From NCBI GenBank assembly GCA_043729195.1, contig JAYTLR010000096.1, positions 24,306-88,305 on the forward strand: a stretch of 64,000 nucleotides of DNA, read 5' to 3'. The notes beneath the pieces were generated by a model that was given only the letters and a program-made list of their open reading frames with translations, was not told the DNA's origin and made no database searches. Position numbers and translations under genes: made by a program. Source of the DNA: Akkermansia sp. Its GTDB lineage: Bacteria > Verrucomicrobiota > Verrucomicrobiia > Verrucomicrobiales > Akkermansiaceae. How positions within the stretch are numbered: the first letter of the stretch is position 1; each line of letters starts with the position of its first letter. Of this stretch, positions 45,901 through 54,732 are shown piece by piece.

Positions 45901-48900
45901 GGTCAGAAGCACGGAGCCCGACGGGCTCACCGCCCCACCCGCGCCGGAGGTCACCGTGATGGCGGAAGCCGGGCTCAGCGCGAAGTCGATCCCGGCAGCC
46001 GGATAGCCGTTCAGCGGGACCGTCTGATCTGCTGACGGGAAGTGACCGGGACCGCTGGCGGAGACATACCATTGACCGTTGGGAAGGGCGCGGGAGTAGT
46101 TGCCGTTGGCATCGCAGGTCGCCGTCACCGTCGCGTTCGCGGCGGCAGCGGGCACGGATGAGAAGTAAACCGTAGCTCCGGCGAGGCCCGCCGCTCCGCT
46201 GGTGCTGAAAACCTTGCCCGACACCGCGAAGGCCGGCGGATCCATGATCGTGGTCAGCGAGGCGTAAGTCACCACGCGGGTGGTGCCGAAGGTCCAGAGA
46301 TGACCCTTGATCTGGCAGAGCTTCAGTTCCTTCGAAGGGTCCGTGGCCAGCGCGTAGGCGTCGGATTTGACGGTGATGGTCGTGTTGCTGGCGACGTCCT
46401 TGACCAGATAATGATCGCTGTTCGCCTGCAGCACCACGCCGTTGAAGATCACCAGATAATCATCCGGCAAGGTCGCCAGCTCGGCGAAGCTCGCAGGGTG
46501 ATAGCCGGTGGTGCGGGTGATCTTCGCCGTGTACCCGGCCGAATACTCCGACTCGTTGTTACGCGCCGATTGATCCCGGACCTTGTATTGATAGACATAA
46601 CTCCCGACCAGCAGCGCGGCGGGCGTGACAAAGGTGGGGCTGGCTTGCCATCCGCTGTCGGGACCGCCGCCGCTGACGCAGTCGAAGAAATACTGCACCC
46701 CGGCCGGATCGGAGGCGGGCGTCGCGGTCATCGAGACCTTGTTGTCGATCGTTGCATACGGCAGCATGGCCCAATGCGCGGCCTCCAGCGGTGGCAGGGC
46801 GGGACCGGCGTCGTCGCGGGCGATCGCCGAGGAAGCGGCGGACGGGCTGCTGGAGTTGCCGCGCCCATCGCGCACCGTGACGGTGTAGGCGTAAGTGGCG
46901 CCGGTGGTCAGGCCGCTCTGCGTCCAGGTGGGCGATGACCGCCAGCCGCTGCTGGCCGGGCTCGGGCTGGTGCGGTCGAACTTGTATTCGACCTTGCCGC
47001 TGGGGCTGGATGAGACCGTCGCGGTCATCCGGATCTGACCGTTGGCGATGCCGACGGGTCCCTTGCTGAAGCTCGCGCTGCCTGCCGTGGAGACCGCGAG
47101 TGTCGCGGGGGCCGGCGCGGAGGCGGCGGTGGTGTTGCCCGCACGGTCCCTCATCGTCACCGTGTAGGTGGGAGCGGATCCCGGCGCGATGCCGACGTCG
47201 GTGTATTTGTTGAAGGACACCCAGCCGGAGTCATGCCCGCCGCCGGAGACGCAGGTGAAATGGTATTCCACCCAGCCGCTGGCATCGGTGCCCGGAGTCG
47301 CGCTCATGGTCACCGAGTTGTCACCGGTAGCCAGTGGGGCCACGAGCCAAGTTGCGGCGTTTGGCGAGGGCGCGGTGTTATCGGCGGCGATCGTGATCGG
47401 TGCCGGACCCGCGGTGGAGAACAAGGTGCTCACCTCGCCCGCGCTCAAGCCTTTGTTGTAGGAGCGGAAATCATCGAGCGATCCTTGGAAGGCGTTGCCG
47501 GTGTTGCCGCGCCCGAGATAGTTGGCATTCTCCATCAGCGGCGCGTTGAGACGGTCGGGGAAAAGAGTGACCGCCGGATTCGTCGCCACCGCGACCCCAT
47601 CGAGATAGAGCGTGCAGGTGCTGCCCGAGAAGACCACCGCCACGTGCTTCCAGACGTTGGCGGGAACCGCCGGGCCATCGAGGGCGTGGGTGGTCGTGCC
47701 ATCGGTGATCACGAACCGCAGCGCGCCGGTGCCGGCGTCGTTGGGGGTGAGATACATTTCCCGGGCAACCCCGTCCCCGAACGACCAGAGCCGCTGCCCC
47801 GCCGCTCCCCCGCCGTGCTTGAACCAAAGCGCGAAGCTGCTGTCCTTGAAATCACTGATCGAGTTGTGGAGTTCCACATACTGGTTCACGCCGTCGAGCG
47901 GCAGCACCCGGCCGCCACGGACTGAGGCACCGGCATCTTTCGCGGTGCGGCAACCGTTCATCAGGTAGCCGTGGTTGATTCCGAACTGGTCCAGCGCGAA
48001 GACCGCATTGTCGCGCTCGAAGGTGAGCCCACTGTATTGGTAGGCGTTGTCCGTCAGGCCGGAGAAGATCGAAGCGTTCTGCCCCCACTGCCAGCCGAAG
48101 TGAACGCCCCGGTTGCCCGTGCCGCCGTTGGCGGTATCGCCATCGGTGATGAGCGATCCACTGAAGGTCGAAGGACTGTAAACCGAAGTCACCCCCTTGA
48201 GCACCGCATTGCCGGATACCCGGTTGTGGCTGGCGGCATCGCCCCCGCCGCAACCCGCGTGCTCGATCGCCTTGGCGTTCTCGAACAGCTCGCTGTGGCC
48301 GAAAATCATCGCCCAGTCGCGGACCTTGGCATTGCCGTAAACCTGCGCGTTCTCGTAGATCATTGCGTGGCCGGAGACCACGGCGCTGTCGCGGACCTGG
48401 GCGTTGTTGCGGACCACCGCATGCTCCTCGATCCGCGCGTTGCCGCGGACCTGGGCATTGTCGAGCACTTGAGCGTTTGGACCGACGTAAGAACTGGCAT
48501 CGACCGTCGCGGTGTTCGAAACCCAGCCGCCGCCGTTGGCATGCTGTTGCATTCCGGTGCGACTCCGCGCCGGATAGGCAACATGGAGCGGCCCGGAGTT
48601 GGTGAACGACACCGTGTAAGGAAACTGCACGCCGGAATCCCGGGTGTATTCCCGCCAGGCGGGATCGGCGATCTTCATCGGCTTGGGCACCGCGATGACC
48701 ATCAGGTAGAGCTCGTCCTGATCCGCCGACAGCGCGATCGACTGGCTGCCCTTGTTCCAAAGCGACGAGTAGCTCGCCTCGCCGGCGTCGTTGACCGCCA
48801 CCAGACAGGCGCGCCAGTCGGACTGGCGGACGAAATCGCTGAGCGGCTGGAAATCGCAGCTCACCGTGGTGCCGGGAGTGGCTTGCAGCGGGACGAAGTG

Positions 48901-49932
48901 AAAACCGAACTGCTGCGGCATGTGCTCGCGCGCCGGGCGGTACCAGCCGGGAGCCCCCGGCATCTTGACCAGCGGTGCGCGGCATCGCGTGTACCATTCC
49001 CAGGTATCGCCGTTCCACGGGGTGTTGGCCTGGGCCAGCCATTGCTGCCGCTCGTAGTCCCAGGTGACCATCTTCCTCGCCATGTCTCCCCAGAGATCCT
49101 TCAGGGCTCCCGCCTTGTCGGCGGAGCCGGAGGAATCCAGGCGGATCATCCGGTCGATGATGTATTCGTTCACCCGCTGATCGGGCGTCGCATTGGTCCA
49201 CACCTCATTGACCCAGGCCGCGCCGTAGCGGGGGTCCTCCCGCGCCGCCTCGAAGATCATCCACGAGTCGTAATAGTCCCGACCGTGGGCAGGATAGAAG
49301 ACGCTGTTGTAAAGATAGCCACCGGCCTGCGGGTAGCTGTTGAGGAATTGGAGCTGCATCCAGTTCGCGTGCGCCTCCCACCAGGATCCTGAGCTGTTAG
49401 AGCCGTTGAAGCCACCGGTCGCGACCTGCCAGGCATGGCCGAACTCATGGGGAGTCGCGCCCGAGGGAGGATCGAAGCGGCAGTAACCCGCATTCGCCAT
49501 CGCATAGCCGAAGCCACCCGGGTCCATGCTCGCATAGGCCCCGCCGCCACCGCCGTCATCCCAGGTCATGAGGATGTTGAAATTCGCGCGGTACTTGTTG
49601 CCGTCGGGATTGGTGACCGACTCGTTGATGTCGTGCATCCCCATCTCGACCACCCAGCGGTTCCACGCCTGCTCGAACATCTGGAGATTGCCCTGCACCA
49701 GTTGTTCGGTCACCGGCGTGCCGGTGTCGCGGTTGTAATGGCCGAAGTTGATGCGGAAGTGATCCGAGCGCCGCGTCTCGGTATGGGGGTCCTGATTGGA
49801 ATACAGGGAATTGTTGTCCAGATAAGGTTCCGCGGAGAAGGCCGGAGCAGCGGCCAGCCAGGCCGCCGTGAGAGCGGCAACCAGCCGCTTGGAGTTGGAA
49901 GTCGGCATCGGAATCATGCGGGTATCGCCCAT
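42961..49932 (-). CDS. Giant secreted mosaic protein (HEXXH metalloprotease-like N-domain, beta-helix hexapeptides, LamG, FN3-like, carboxypeptidase-regulatory-like, 5 InlB-B-repeat-like domains, DADPDGD C-terminal module)
   Basis: ORF open to TTG at 50037. ATGs at 49932, 49917 and 49908 precede the signal KRLVAALTAAWLAAAPAFSA. HEFGH at 49435-49449. LamG-like FALWFKHGG...VWKHVAVVFSGSTCTLYLDG. Confidence 0.9.
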   Translation of the reverse strand: MGDTRMIPMPTSNSKRLVAALTAAWLAAAPAFSAEPYLDNNSLYSNQDPHTETRRSDHFRINFGHYNRDTGTPVTEQLVQGNLQMFEQAWNRWVVEMGMHDINESVTNPDGNKYRANFNILMTWDDGGGGGAYASMDPGGFGYAMANAGYCRFDPPSGATPHEFGHAWQVATGGFNGSNSSGSWWEAHANWMQLQFLNSYPQAGGYLYNSVFYPAHGRDYYDSWMIFEAAREDPRYGAAWVNEVWTNATPDQRVNEYIIDRMIRLDSSGSADKAGALKDLWGDMARKMVTWDYERQQWLAQANTPWNGDTWEWYTRCRAPLVKMPGAPGWYRPAREHMPQQFGFHFVPLQATPGTTVSCDFQPLSDFVRQSDWRACLVAVNDAGEASYSSLWNKGSQSIALSADQDELYLMVIAVPKPMKIADPAWREYTRDSGVQFPYTVSFTNSGPLHVAYPARSRTGMQQHANGGGWVSNTATVDASSYVGPNAQVLDNAQVRGNARIEEHAVVRNNAQVRDSAVVSGHAMIYENAQVYGNAKVRDWAMIFGHSELFENAKAIEHAGCGGGDAASHNRVSGNAVLKGVTSVYSPSTFSGSLITDGDTANGGTGNRGVHFGWQWGQNASIFSGLTDNAYQYSGLTFERDNAVFALDQFGINHGYLMNGCRTAKDAGASVRGGRVLPLDGVNQYVELHNSISDFKDSSFALWFKHGGGAAGQRLWSFGDGVAREMYLTPNDAGTGALRFVITDGTTTHALDGPAVPANVWKHVAVVFSGSTCTLYLDGVAVATNPAVTLFPDRLNAPLMENANYLGRGNTGNAFQGSLDDFRSYNKGLSAGEVSTLFSTAGPAPITIAADNTAPSPNAATWLVAPLATGDNSVTMSATPGTDASGWVEYHFTCVSGGGHDSGWVSFNKYTDVGIAPGSAPTYTVTMRDRAGNTTAASAPAPATLAVSTAGSASFSKGPVGIANGQIRMTATVSSSPSGKVEYKFDRTSPSPASSGWRSSPTWTQSGLTTGATYAYTVTVRDGRGNSSSPSAASSAIARDDAGPALPPLEAAHWAMLPYATIDNKVSMTATPASDPAGVQYFFDCVSGGGPDSGWQASPTFVTPAALLVGSYVYQYKVRDQSARNNESEYSAGYTAKITRTTGYHPASFAELATLPDDYLVIFNGVVLQANSDHYLVKDVASNTTITVKSDAYALATDPSKELKLCQIKGHLWTFGTTRVVTYASLTTIMDPPAFAVSGKVFSTSGAAGLAGATVYFSSVPAAAANATVTATCDANGNYSRALPNGQWYVSASGPGHFPSADQTVPLNGYPAAGIDFALSPASAITVTSGAGGAVSPSGSVLLTNGSSQTFTITPSGGYSIGSVRVDGVEQGSVTSYAFSNVSGDHSVDVTFVANSFTVPQPGSLIESARVESLPASGATGAWASYLPAGRNYAAMSSPTVATLGSTKWALALRADSDGFDCGDYGTTAIPCNGASIVTVVKPIRNSTADSWNSIVDVFYNRFVLGILNNTGQVIVYRNGTRFNTGAILPNGQVTVLSLVCQSDGKFKVFANGTQVYTTSTTSTMTSLVPGVAGPFASHINFGRNNPDGWSAFNGHLGDSYLYGVALSDAERQSLESGLAGKFGIAPLRSIVASSGTGGSLSPTGTVSVANGGSATFVARPAIGYALAALTVNGVNQGPVSSYTFSDVVANHTISASFVPVPVHTLTATAEPNGSISPAGALVVNAGSSTTFAITPATGFQVADVLVDGVSQGAITSYTFTDVQASRTLSATFSRRVLTITASAASGGSISPSGAVAVNHGDNSTFTITPAVGHAISSVIVDGVDLGAVGSHTFTSVIAPRQISVVFVAGNRSIPAANLLHFSVDTKDLPASGTINSWASLWPTGISLSRIASPTVQSIGGVRWVSNGYSHGDGFRVGQYAAAIPVNGSTAVAVIKPARNTSGTSWTSVVDVMYGEMVLGISNTTGLPTLRLKKSNYTGTTAIPDGQVTVLSLVVQPGGSFTVYANGVSIMSGNGPAMTEWLPGSTTGNPTSYDRYINVGRNEPDGWTTFNGNIGDVFLYKAALDDGLRLRLEADLKSKFGIGGGGGGYTIQASAGPGGSISPAGTVAVASGASQPFGIVPNPGYSVGGLTINGVAVGVAGSYQFSNVLANHSIEASFLASSAIAVWRAEHFSAAEIGAGLAADNADPDGDGSDNLTEFAFNGNPRSGATHGLYFQRLADGADGDISAELTLTIAVRRGAVFAAGTSNAQVSAAVDGLVYRLEGNAGLAGAWNSAISHHGFSDTPPAGSGLPDLTGAGWHYHTFSAFNGLPGKGFVRAVVGAP
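48262..48477 (-). repeat. Twelve consecutive hexapeptide repeats (left-handed beta-helix-like) inside the giant gene
   Basis: NAQVLD NAQVRG NARIEE HAVVRN NAQVRD SAVVSG HAMIYE NAQVYG NAKVRD WAMIFG HSELFE NAKAIE, giving an 18-nt periodicity in the DNA. Confidence 0.85.
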
Positions 49933-50033
49933 GGGTTTGAGAAAGAATGGACCGGGGAAGCCGGCTCGATCGAATCTAATATTCCCGTGATCCGAGGTCG
50001 AAACAGGAATCCGTCGCAGCCCGCTGCGGTCGT

Positions 50034-51251
50034 TCAACGCCGGCGCGGCAGTTCGAAGCGGTCGAACACCTCGCCCATCACGTTGATCGCCTCGAATTTG
50101 AGCGGCCCCGCCGGCCCGATCTCAAAGAAGAACAGGTGATTGACCGACTGCGACTTCGCGATGTGGGGCACGTCCGCCGGCGGCCGGACCTTGCGGATGC
50201 TGGCTCCCCACGCGCCGTCGCCGAGGTAGGTGACACCCTTCGCCGGGTCGTCCTGGACTTTCCCTCCCAGCAGCGGATGGGTCCGCTTGTAGGCGTGGTC
50301 GTGGTGCTCGAAAGCGGCGCTGACGCCTGCTTTCTCAAACAGCGGCACCCAGTGCTGGCGGATCTCGAGCGTGGTGCCCTCGTCCTTGCGCACCGAGGGA
50401 TAGGCCGGCACATGATACACCGGAATCAGGATTCGCTGAGGATCCTTCGCCCGCGCGGCGAGCGACGCCGCGAGCCACTCGGTCTGTTTGCCGGCAATCC
50501 GCGCGCGGTGATTGGTATCGAGCACCCACACGCTCAGATAGTCGCCGAAATCGAGCACGCCATACGTCTCCTCCGCGGGAAACGCGAAGTTCGCCTCGTA
50601 ATACGGCGCGACCACGCTGTTCACCTCGTGGTTGCCGATTGCCGCGATCACCGGGATCACCCGCCGGTCCGCGCCAATCAGATGGTCGCGGATGTTTTCA
50701 TGCCACAGGATCTCCTTCTTGATCTCGCCCGCCTTGCCGTCGGAGTAGGAATAATCGCCGCCCCACAGGATGAAATCCGGCTTCAGCGAGGCGGCCAACG
50801 CGTTGATCTTCTCGAAGACCCCGGCCGGAGCGGTGTCGCCGCCGGCCACCACGCGCAGCTTCCGGGTCAGGCGCTTCGGCATCGTCCGGAAATGATAGGG
50901 CTGCTCCCGTTCCGCAGGACGGAATTCATACACGGCGTCCGGCTCCAGGCCGGTCAGCTCGACCCGGTAAACCGTCCGCCCCGGCGCATGGGGGAAATCG
51001 CTCGCCACGGGAGTCGAGCTCTTCCACGCATCGGTCCCCTTCCGGCGGTGAAGCAACACCGGCTTCTCCAGCGGCGACGTTTCGTGCCAGTCGATGGTCA
51101 TCGTCGACGACGGGTCCCGCTGCCACGTGAGAATCAGGCCCGCCACCTCGCCGGGCTCCCTTGCCAGGGCCGGAAACATCAGGGTGAGAATCAAGGCACA
51201 AACCCGCGAGACGATTCCGAAGACCGCTCTCCTCCCTTGAAGTTTCTTCAT
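50034..51251 (-). CDS. Secreted metallophosphoesterase (purple-acid-phosphatase-like)
   Basis: ATG at 51251. Signal peptide, PAP N-terminal-like LTWQRDPSSTMTIDWHE, metal ligands GGDT, GGDYSY, GNHE, and EHHDHAY. Confidence 0.85.
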   Translation of the reverse strand: MKKLQGRRAVFGIVSRVCALILTLMFPALAREPGEVAGLILTWQRDPSSTMTIDWHETSPLEKPVLLHRRKGTDAWKSSTPVASDFPHAPGRTVYRVELTGLEPDAVYEFRPAEREQPYHFRTMPKRLTRKLRVVAGGDTAPAGVFEKINALAASLKPDFILWGGDYSYSDGKAGEIKKEILWHENIRDHLIGADRRVIPVIAAIGNHEVNSVVAPYYEANFAFPAEETYGVLDFGDYLSVWVLDTNHRARIAGKQTEWLAASLAARAKDPQRILIPVYHVPAYPSVRKDEGTTLEIRQHWVPLFEKAGVSAAFEHHDHAYKRTHPLLGGKVQDDPAKGVTYLGDGAWGASIRKVRPPADVPHIAKSQSVNHLFFFEIGPAGPLKFEAINVMGEVFDRFELPRRR

Positions 51252-51445
51252 GAACCTCTCTCAACGCGACGGCGACGGGGACACTTTCGACAATTCGTGA
51301 TCGTCTAACAAAGGGCACCGGACGTTTTGCGAAATCGTACTCCGAGGAACTGCCGGAGCCCAAAGGATTCATCCCTTTGACCAAACCCGTTGCATGAAAC
51401 CCACACCCTCGACCGGTATCGTGAAGAAGCCAAAGCTTCCAACCC

Positions 51446-52432
51446 ATGCATCCCCTGAAATCCCGACTCGTCCGCCTCGCGGCCACTTTATTGTTTGCGG
51501 CATTGGCCCCGGCCTTTGCCCGCGACCTGACTTTCATCGTCACCAGCGACTCGCACTACATCACCGACGACCAGTCGGAACGGAACAAGTCGGTCCGGCT
51601 TTCGATCGAAGAGATGAACGCCATCGACCAGCGGACTTGGCCCGAAGCGCTTGGCGGCGGCCCGATCACCCGGCCGCGCGCGGTGTTCGTCAACGGCGAC
51701 ATCATCGACGACGGCGACAAGAAGGGCGAGACGGAGCTCCAGTGGAGCTACTACACCCGCGACTTCGGGCTTACCGGCAAGGACGGCCTGCTCAAGTATC
51801 CGGTGTTCGACGGCTACGGCAACCACGATGGTCCGCCGGTCGGTGCCGAGAAGCATGGGTTCTCGATGCAGGCAAAGCTCAAGGAGCGCAACCTCCGCCG
51901 CCAGGAACTCGGCTGGCTGAAGGAACTCTGCCCGAAAGGCCTGCATTACTCCTTCGACCTCGACGACGTCCACTTCGTCCAGGTCAACATCTACCCGGCC
52001 GACACCCAGCACGCGAAGATCCGCTACAACCGCGTCTGGCACGATCCCCAGGGCGCGCTGACTTTCCTCAAGTCCTCGCTCGAAAAGCACGCCGCGGCCA
52101 AGGACCGCCCGGTCGTGATCCTGTCCCACTGCGGCTTCGACACCGACTGGTGGCACCCCGAGGACTGGGCGGTCTTCCATGCCGCGGTCGCGCCCTATCC
52201 GGTCGCCAGCTTCTTCTGCGGTCACACCGGAACCGGCATCCTGAAATACAAACCCGAAGGCTCTTCCGCTGCCGAACTGCCGGTCGTCAACACCGGCCAA
52301 ACCGCCAAGGGCTTCTTCGTCGTCCGCATCACCGGCGACCGGATCATCGCCGCCTACCGGATCCGCGAGGCAGCCGGCTGGAAATGGAAATTCCCGATGG
52401 ACCGCCCGTTGGCGCTCCCCGTCGCCAAGTGA
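51446..52432 (+). CDS. Secreted metallophosphoesterase (calcineurin-like)
   Basis: ATG at 51446. Signal LAATLLFAALAPAFA. TSDSHY, NGDIIDDG, GNHD, SHCGF, and CGHTG. Confidence 0.85.
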   Translation: MHPLKSRLVRLAATLLFAALAPAFARDLTFIVTSDSHYITDDQSERNKSVRLSIEEMNAIDQRTWPEALGGGPITRPRAVFVNGDIIDDGDKKGETELQWSYYTRDFGLTGKDGLLKYPVFDGYGNHDGPPVGAEKHGFSMQAKLKERNLRRQELGWLKELCPKGLHYSFDLDDVHFVQVNIYPADTQHAKIRYNRVWHDPQGALTFLKSSLEKHAAAKDRPVVILSHCGFDTDWWHPEDWAVFHAAVAPYPVASFFCGHTGTGILKYKPEGSSAAELPVVNTGQTAKGFFVVRITGDRIIAAYRIREAAGWKWKFPMDRPLALPVAK

Positions 52433-52672
52433 CCCTTTCACCCTGGGCGAGGAATGCCTGGCGATGAGGAAATTGGAGCCTCCATGCGGCCGTTGGTTGC
52501 TTCAACGAAGTGATCGATGCGCTGACGGATGCTTGGGGCCGCGGCAAGAACCAGCCGAGGATCTCCCGTCGGCTTCTCTCCAGCACTTCGCCCGCGACGA
52601 GGTAGTCCCGGGCTGAAACCGATGAAGCCCGCCTCTGTTCTCGAGAGCGGGCTTCTACCGTAATCAAAGTTC

Positions 52673-52697
52673 GTTCCCTCCGACCCGCGGAGGGAAC
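52673..52697 (-). terminator. Hairpin directly downstream of the DUF2383-like gene
   Basis: 10-bp stem GTTCCCTCCG/CGGAGGGAAC with a 5-nt loop, 9 nt after the stop. Followed on the minus strand by GAACTTTGATT, a weak U-tract. Confidence 0.5.
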
Positions 52698-52705
52698 ACC
52701 GACTC

Positions 52706-53143
52706 TCAGGCATTCCTGAAACGGCCCAGCGTGACCAGGTGTTCCGCGCAGGAAGGCAGGAGCTGCCCACGGATCACCTGCTTGATCTCGTCCATTACAT
52801 CTTCGTTATCGAGCGCGTCTTTGTACTCCTCGATACCGTGTTGCTCGCCCCTTTCAAGAACGGCGAGCGCCGGCGATTCTCCGAGCAGGATTGCAGCTCC
52901 CTCAAGCGTCTGGACAAAGCCGCCCCAGGCACCCGAGCCGGTGGATGGCTCCCCGCTCATGTCTTGGATGTGGGAGCGCAACTTCCCAGCCGCTTTCTCG
53001 TGGTCGGTGCGGATGCCCTCGAGGGCGGTCCGCTCACTTTCGTTCTCAAATTTCCGGATGGCCTGGGTGTAGGATTCCACGGCGGATAGTTCTCCGCGGA
53101 GGAGTTCGTTGCAGGCTTCGATGCATTCTTCGGTCGCAGTCAT
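52706..53143 (-). CDS. Ferritin-like four-helix-bundle protein (DUF2383 / PA2169-like)
   Basis: ATG at 53143. LLRGELSAVESYTQAI...LERGEQHGIEEY has paired E/H helices typical of this family. Confidence 0.75.
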   Translation of the reverse strand: MTATEECIEACNELLRGELSAVESYTQAIRKFENESERTALEGIRTDHEKAAGKLRSHIQDMSGEPSTGSGAWGGFVQTLEGAAILLGESPALAVLERGEQHGIEEYKDALDNEDVMDEIKQVIRGQLLPSCAEHLVTLGRFRNA

Positions 53144-53728
53144 AACATATTTGATGGTTGGCCGGCGGAATTGCCGGCTCTCCTCTTTAGCAAGACCGGT
53201 GCCGCCCCGTGATCAGGTTCGCAGGGTTGCCAGGCACCGGGAGGGGTCGCAGATGTCCTCGCCAAGGTTGCCTTTTGCATTCCCCGGGTTGTAGCGCCAT
53301 GAACAGATCTTCGGGTCAGCAGGCCGCAACCCGGTCATGCCGGGGAAGTCTCACAGGAAAGAGGCAATCAAAACCGGATGATCGTTGGCACCATCCGAAG
53401 AAATACCGCGGGCTGCTTTCCCGCCCTGTGCGGAATGCATGGCCGAAGGGCAGAATGCGTTGTCCGCGGCGCTTCGCGACCATCTGCGGCAAGAACAGCT
53501 TGGTGAAGCGAAGCCCCGCCTCTATGTCGGGCTGGAGGTTTCGTTCATGGTATTGGAAGTTGCTGGCAAGTTCTTCCCAAACCCTGGGCCACGATGGGGT
53601 TCGCCGGCCGTCACCGGAGGGGCGAGGGACCTCCGCCGCACAAGGGTGGATTTGATATTTTCCCCTATCCCCCCACAGAGGAGCGAACCACTTGTGAAAA
53701 TGGCATCTTTCCTGCGGGGAGTTGGGGC

Positions 53729-53758
53729 CTCTCGGGTATATCTTCCCGAGAGTTTATT
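53729..53758 (+). promoter_or_regulatory. Terminator-like hairpin in the xdhC leader (candidate attenuator)
   Basis: CTCTCGGG-TATATCTT-CCCGAGAG followed by TTTATT, ending about 40 nt before the xdhC ATG. Confidence 0.35.
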
Positions 53759-53796
53759 GCCACGATTCCGGAGCCACACCCATTAGAGATGCCTTC

Positions 53797-54732
53797 ATGA
53801 ACGACCTTCTCCGACTTCTTCAAGCCGCTGTCACGGAGCGAGATCATCCTTGGTGTCTCGCCACTCTGGTGAAAGCCGAGGGGTCCAGCTACCGCCAGCC
53901 CGGTGCGCGGCTTCTGGTATATCCCGAAGGCCGCAGGACGATCGGATTTCTCAGTGGCGGGTGCTTGGAGGAAGAAGTCGGCCGGCAAGGTTCCGAGGTT
54001 ATCGAGCGCGGTGTTCCGAGGCGGATCTTCTTCGACACGCGCAAGCTGTTCGGCTGCGACGGCCGGCTGTCCATCTATCTGGAGAAGATCCCTGCCGCGG
54101 GTGAGGAAGGGAATTTCCTGACGCGGATGGCGGAGCGGATTGCAAGCCGGACGACGTGTCGCGTAGTGGTGCCCCATGGGGCCGGGGGGCCATCCGGATT
54201 CTTGCCGGGCAAAGCGCTGGTGCTGGAAAGGGAGGGAACCTTCGTGCAAAGCGTGCCGCTGCCGCCGCGCTTGATCGTTTTCGGCGACGGGCCGGAGGTC
54301 GCACCGCTGGCCGCGTTTGCGGAAGGGCTGGGCTGGATTTTTTACCGGCATTCGCATCCGGATGAACTGCCGGCGGACTTCACGGCGGACGCCGCGACCG
54401 CGGCAGTGGTGATGACCCACAAGTTCGGCCGCGATCTCGCGGCACTTGACCGGCTGCTACCGCTGGGACTGCCCTACCTGGGGATGCTCGGGCCCAAGCG
54501 ACGGAATCAAGAACTGCTGTCCCGCTTCGCGGACTTCCACGACGCGGGCCTGCCGCCGGAGTGGCTTGCGGCGCTCCATGCTCCGGCCGGGCTCGATACC
54601 GGGAGCGAATCGCCGGAAGAGATCGCCTTTTCCATCCTCGCGGAAGCGGCCACCGTGCTTGCGGGGCGGAAGGGCGGATTCCTGAAGAATAGAGCCGGAG
54701 CGATCCACCGGCTCGAGGAGGCACGCGCATGA
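53797..54732 (+). CDS. XdhC/CoxI-family molybdoenzyme maturation chaperone (PaoD-like)
   Basis: ATG at 53797. LATLVKAEGSSYRQPGARLLV N-domain and RLIVFGDGPEVAPL Rossmann domain. ATGA overlap with mocA. Confidence 0.85.
   Translation: MNDLLRLLQAAVTERDHPWCLATLVKAEGSSYRQPGARLLVYPEGRRTIGFLSGGCLEEEVGRQGSEVIERGVPRRIFFDTRKLFGCDGRLSIYLEKIPAAGEEGNFLTRMAERIASRTTCRVVVPHGAGGPSGFLPGKALVLEREGTFVQSVPLPPRLIVFGDGPEVAPLAAFAEGLGWIFYRHSHPDELPADFTADAATAAVVMTHKFGRDLAALDRLLPLGLPYLGMLGPKRRNQELLSRFADFHDAGLPPEWLAALHAPAGLDTGSESPEEIAFSILAEAATVLAGRKGGFLKNRAGAIHRLEEARA

Noticed and set aside
52438-52620. Possible transposase C-terminal remnant (..PSIRQRIDHFVEATNGR.. on the minus strand) in the gap after the second phosphoesterase
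   Set aside because: There is only a vague resemblance to IS630-type C-termini, with no DDE residues, no inverted repeats and no start. It is not supportable without a database search.
53385-53786. 133-aa and 148-aa plus-strand ORFs in the xdhC leader (53385-53786, 53209-53655) and a Moco riboswitch call
   Set aside because: The translations are low-complexity or Arg-rich with only moderate GC3 bias, so I cannot support a CDS. I also could not recognise the conserved Moco-motif core by eye, so no riboswitch feature is called. It is left as a check.
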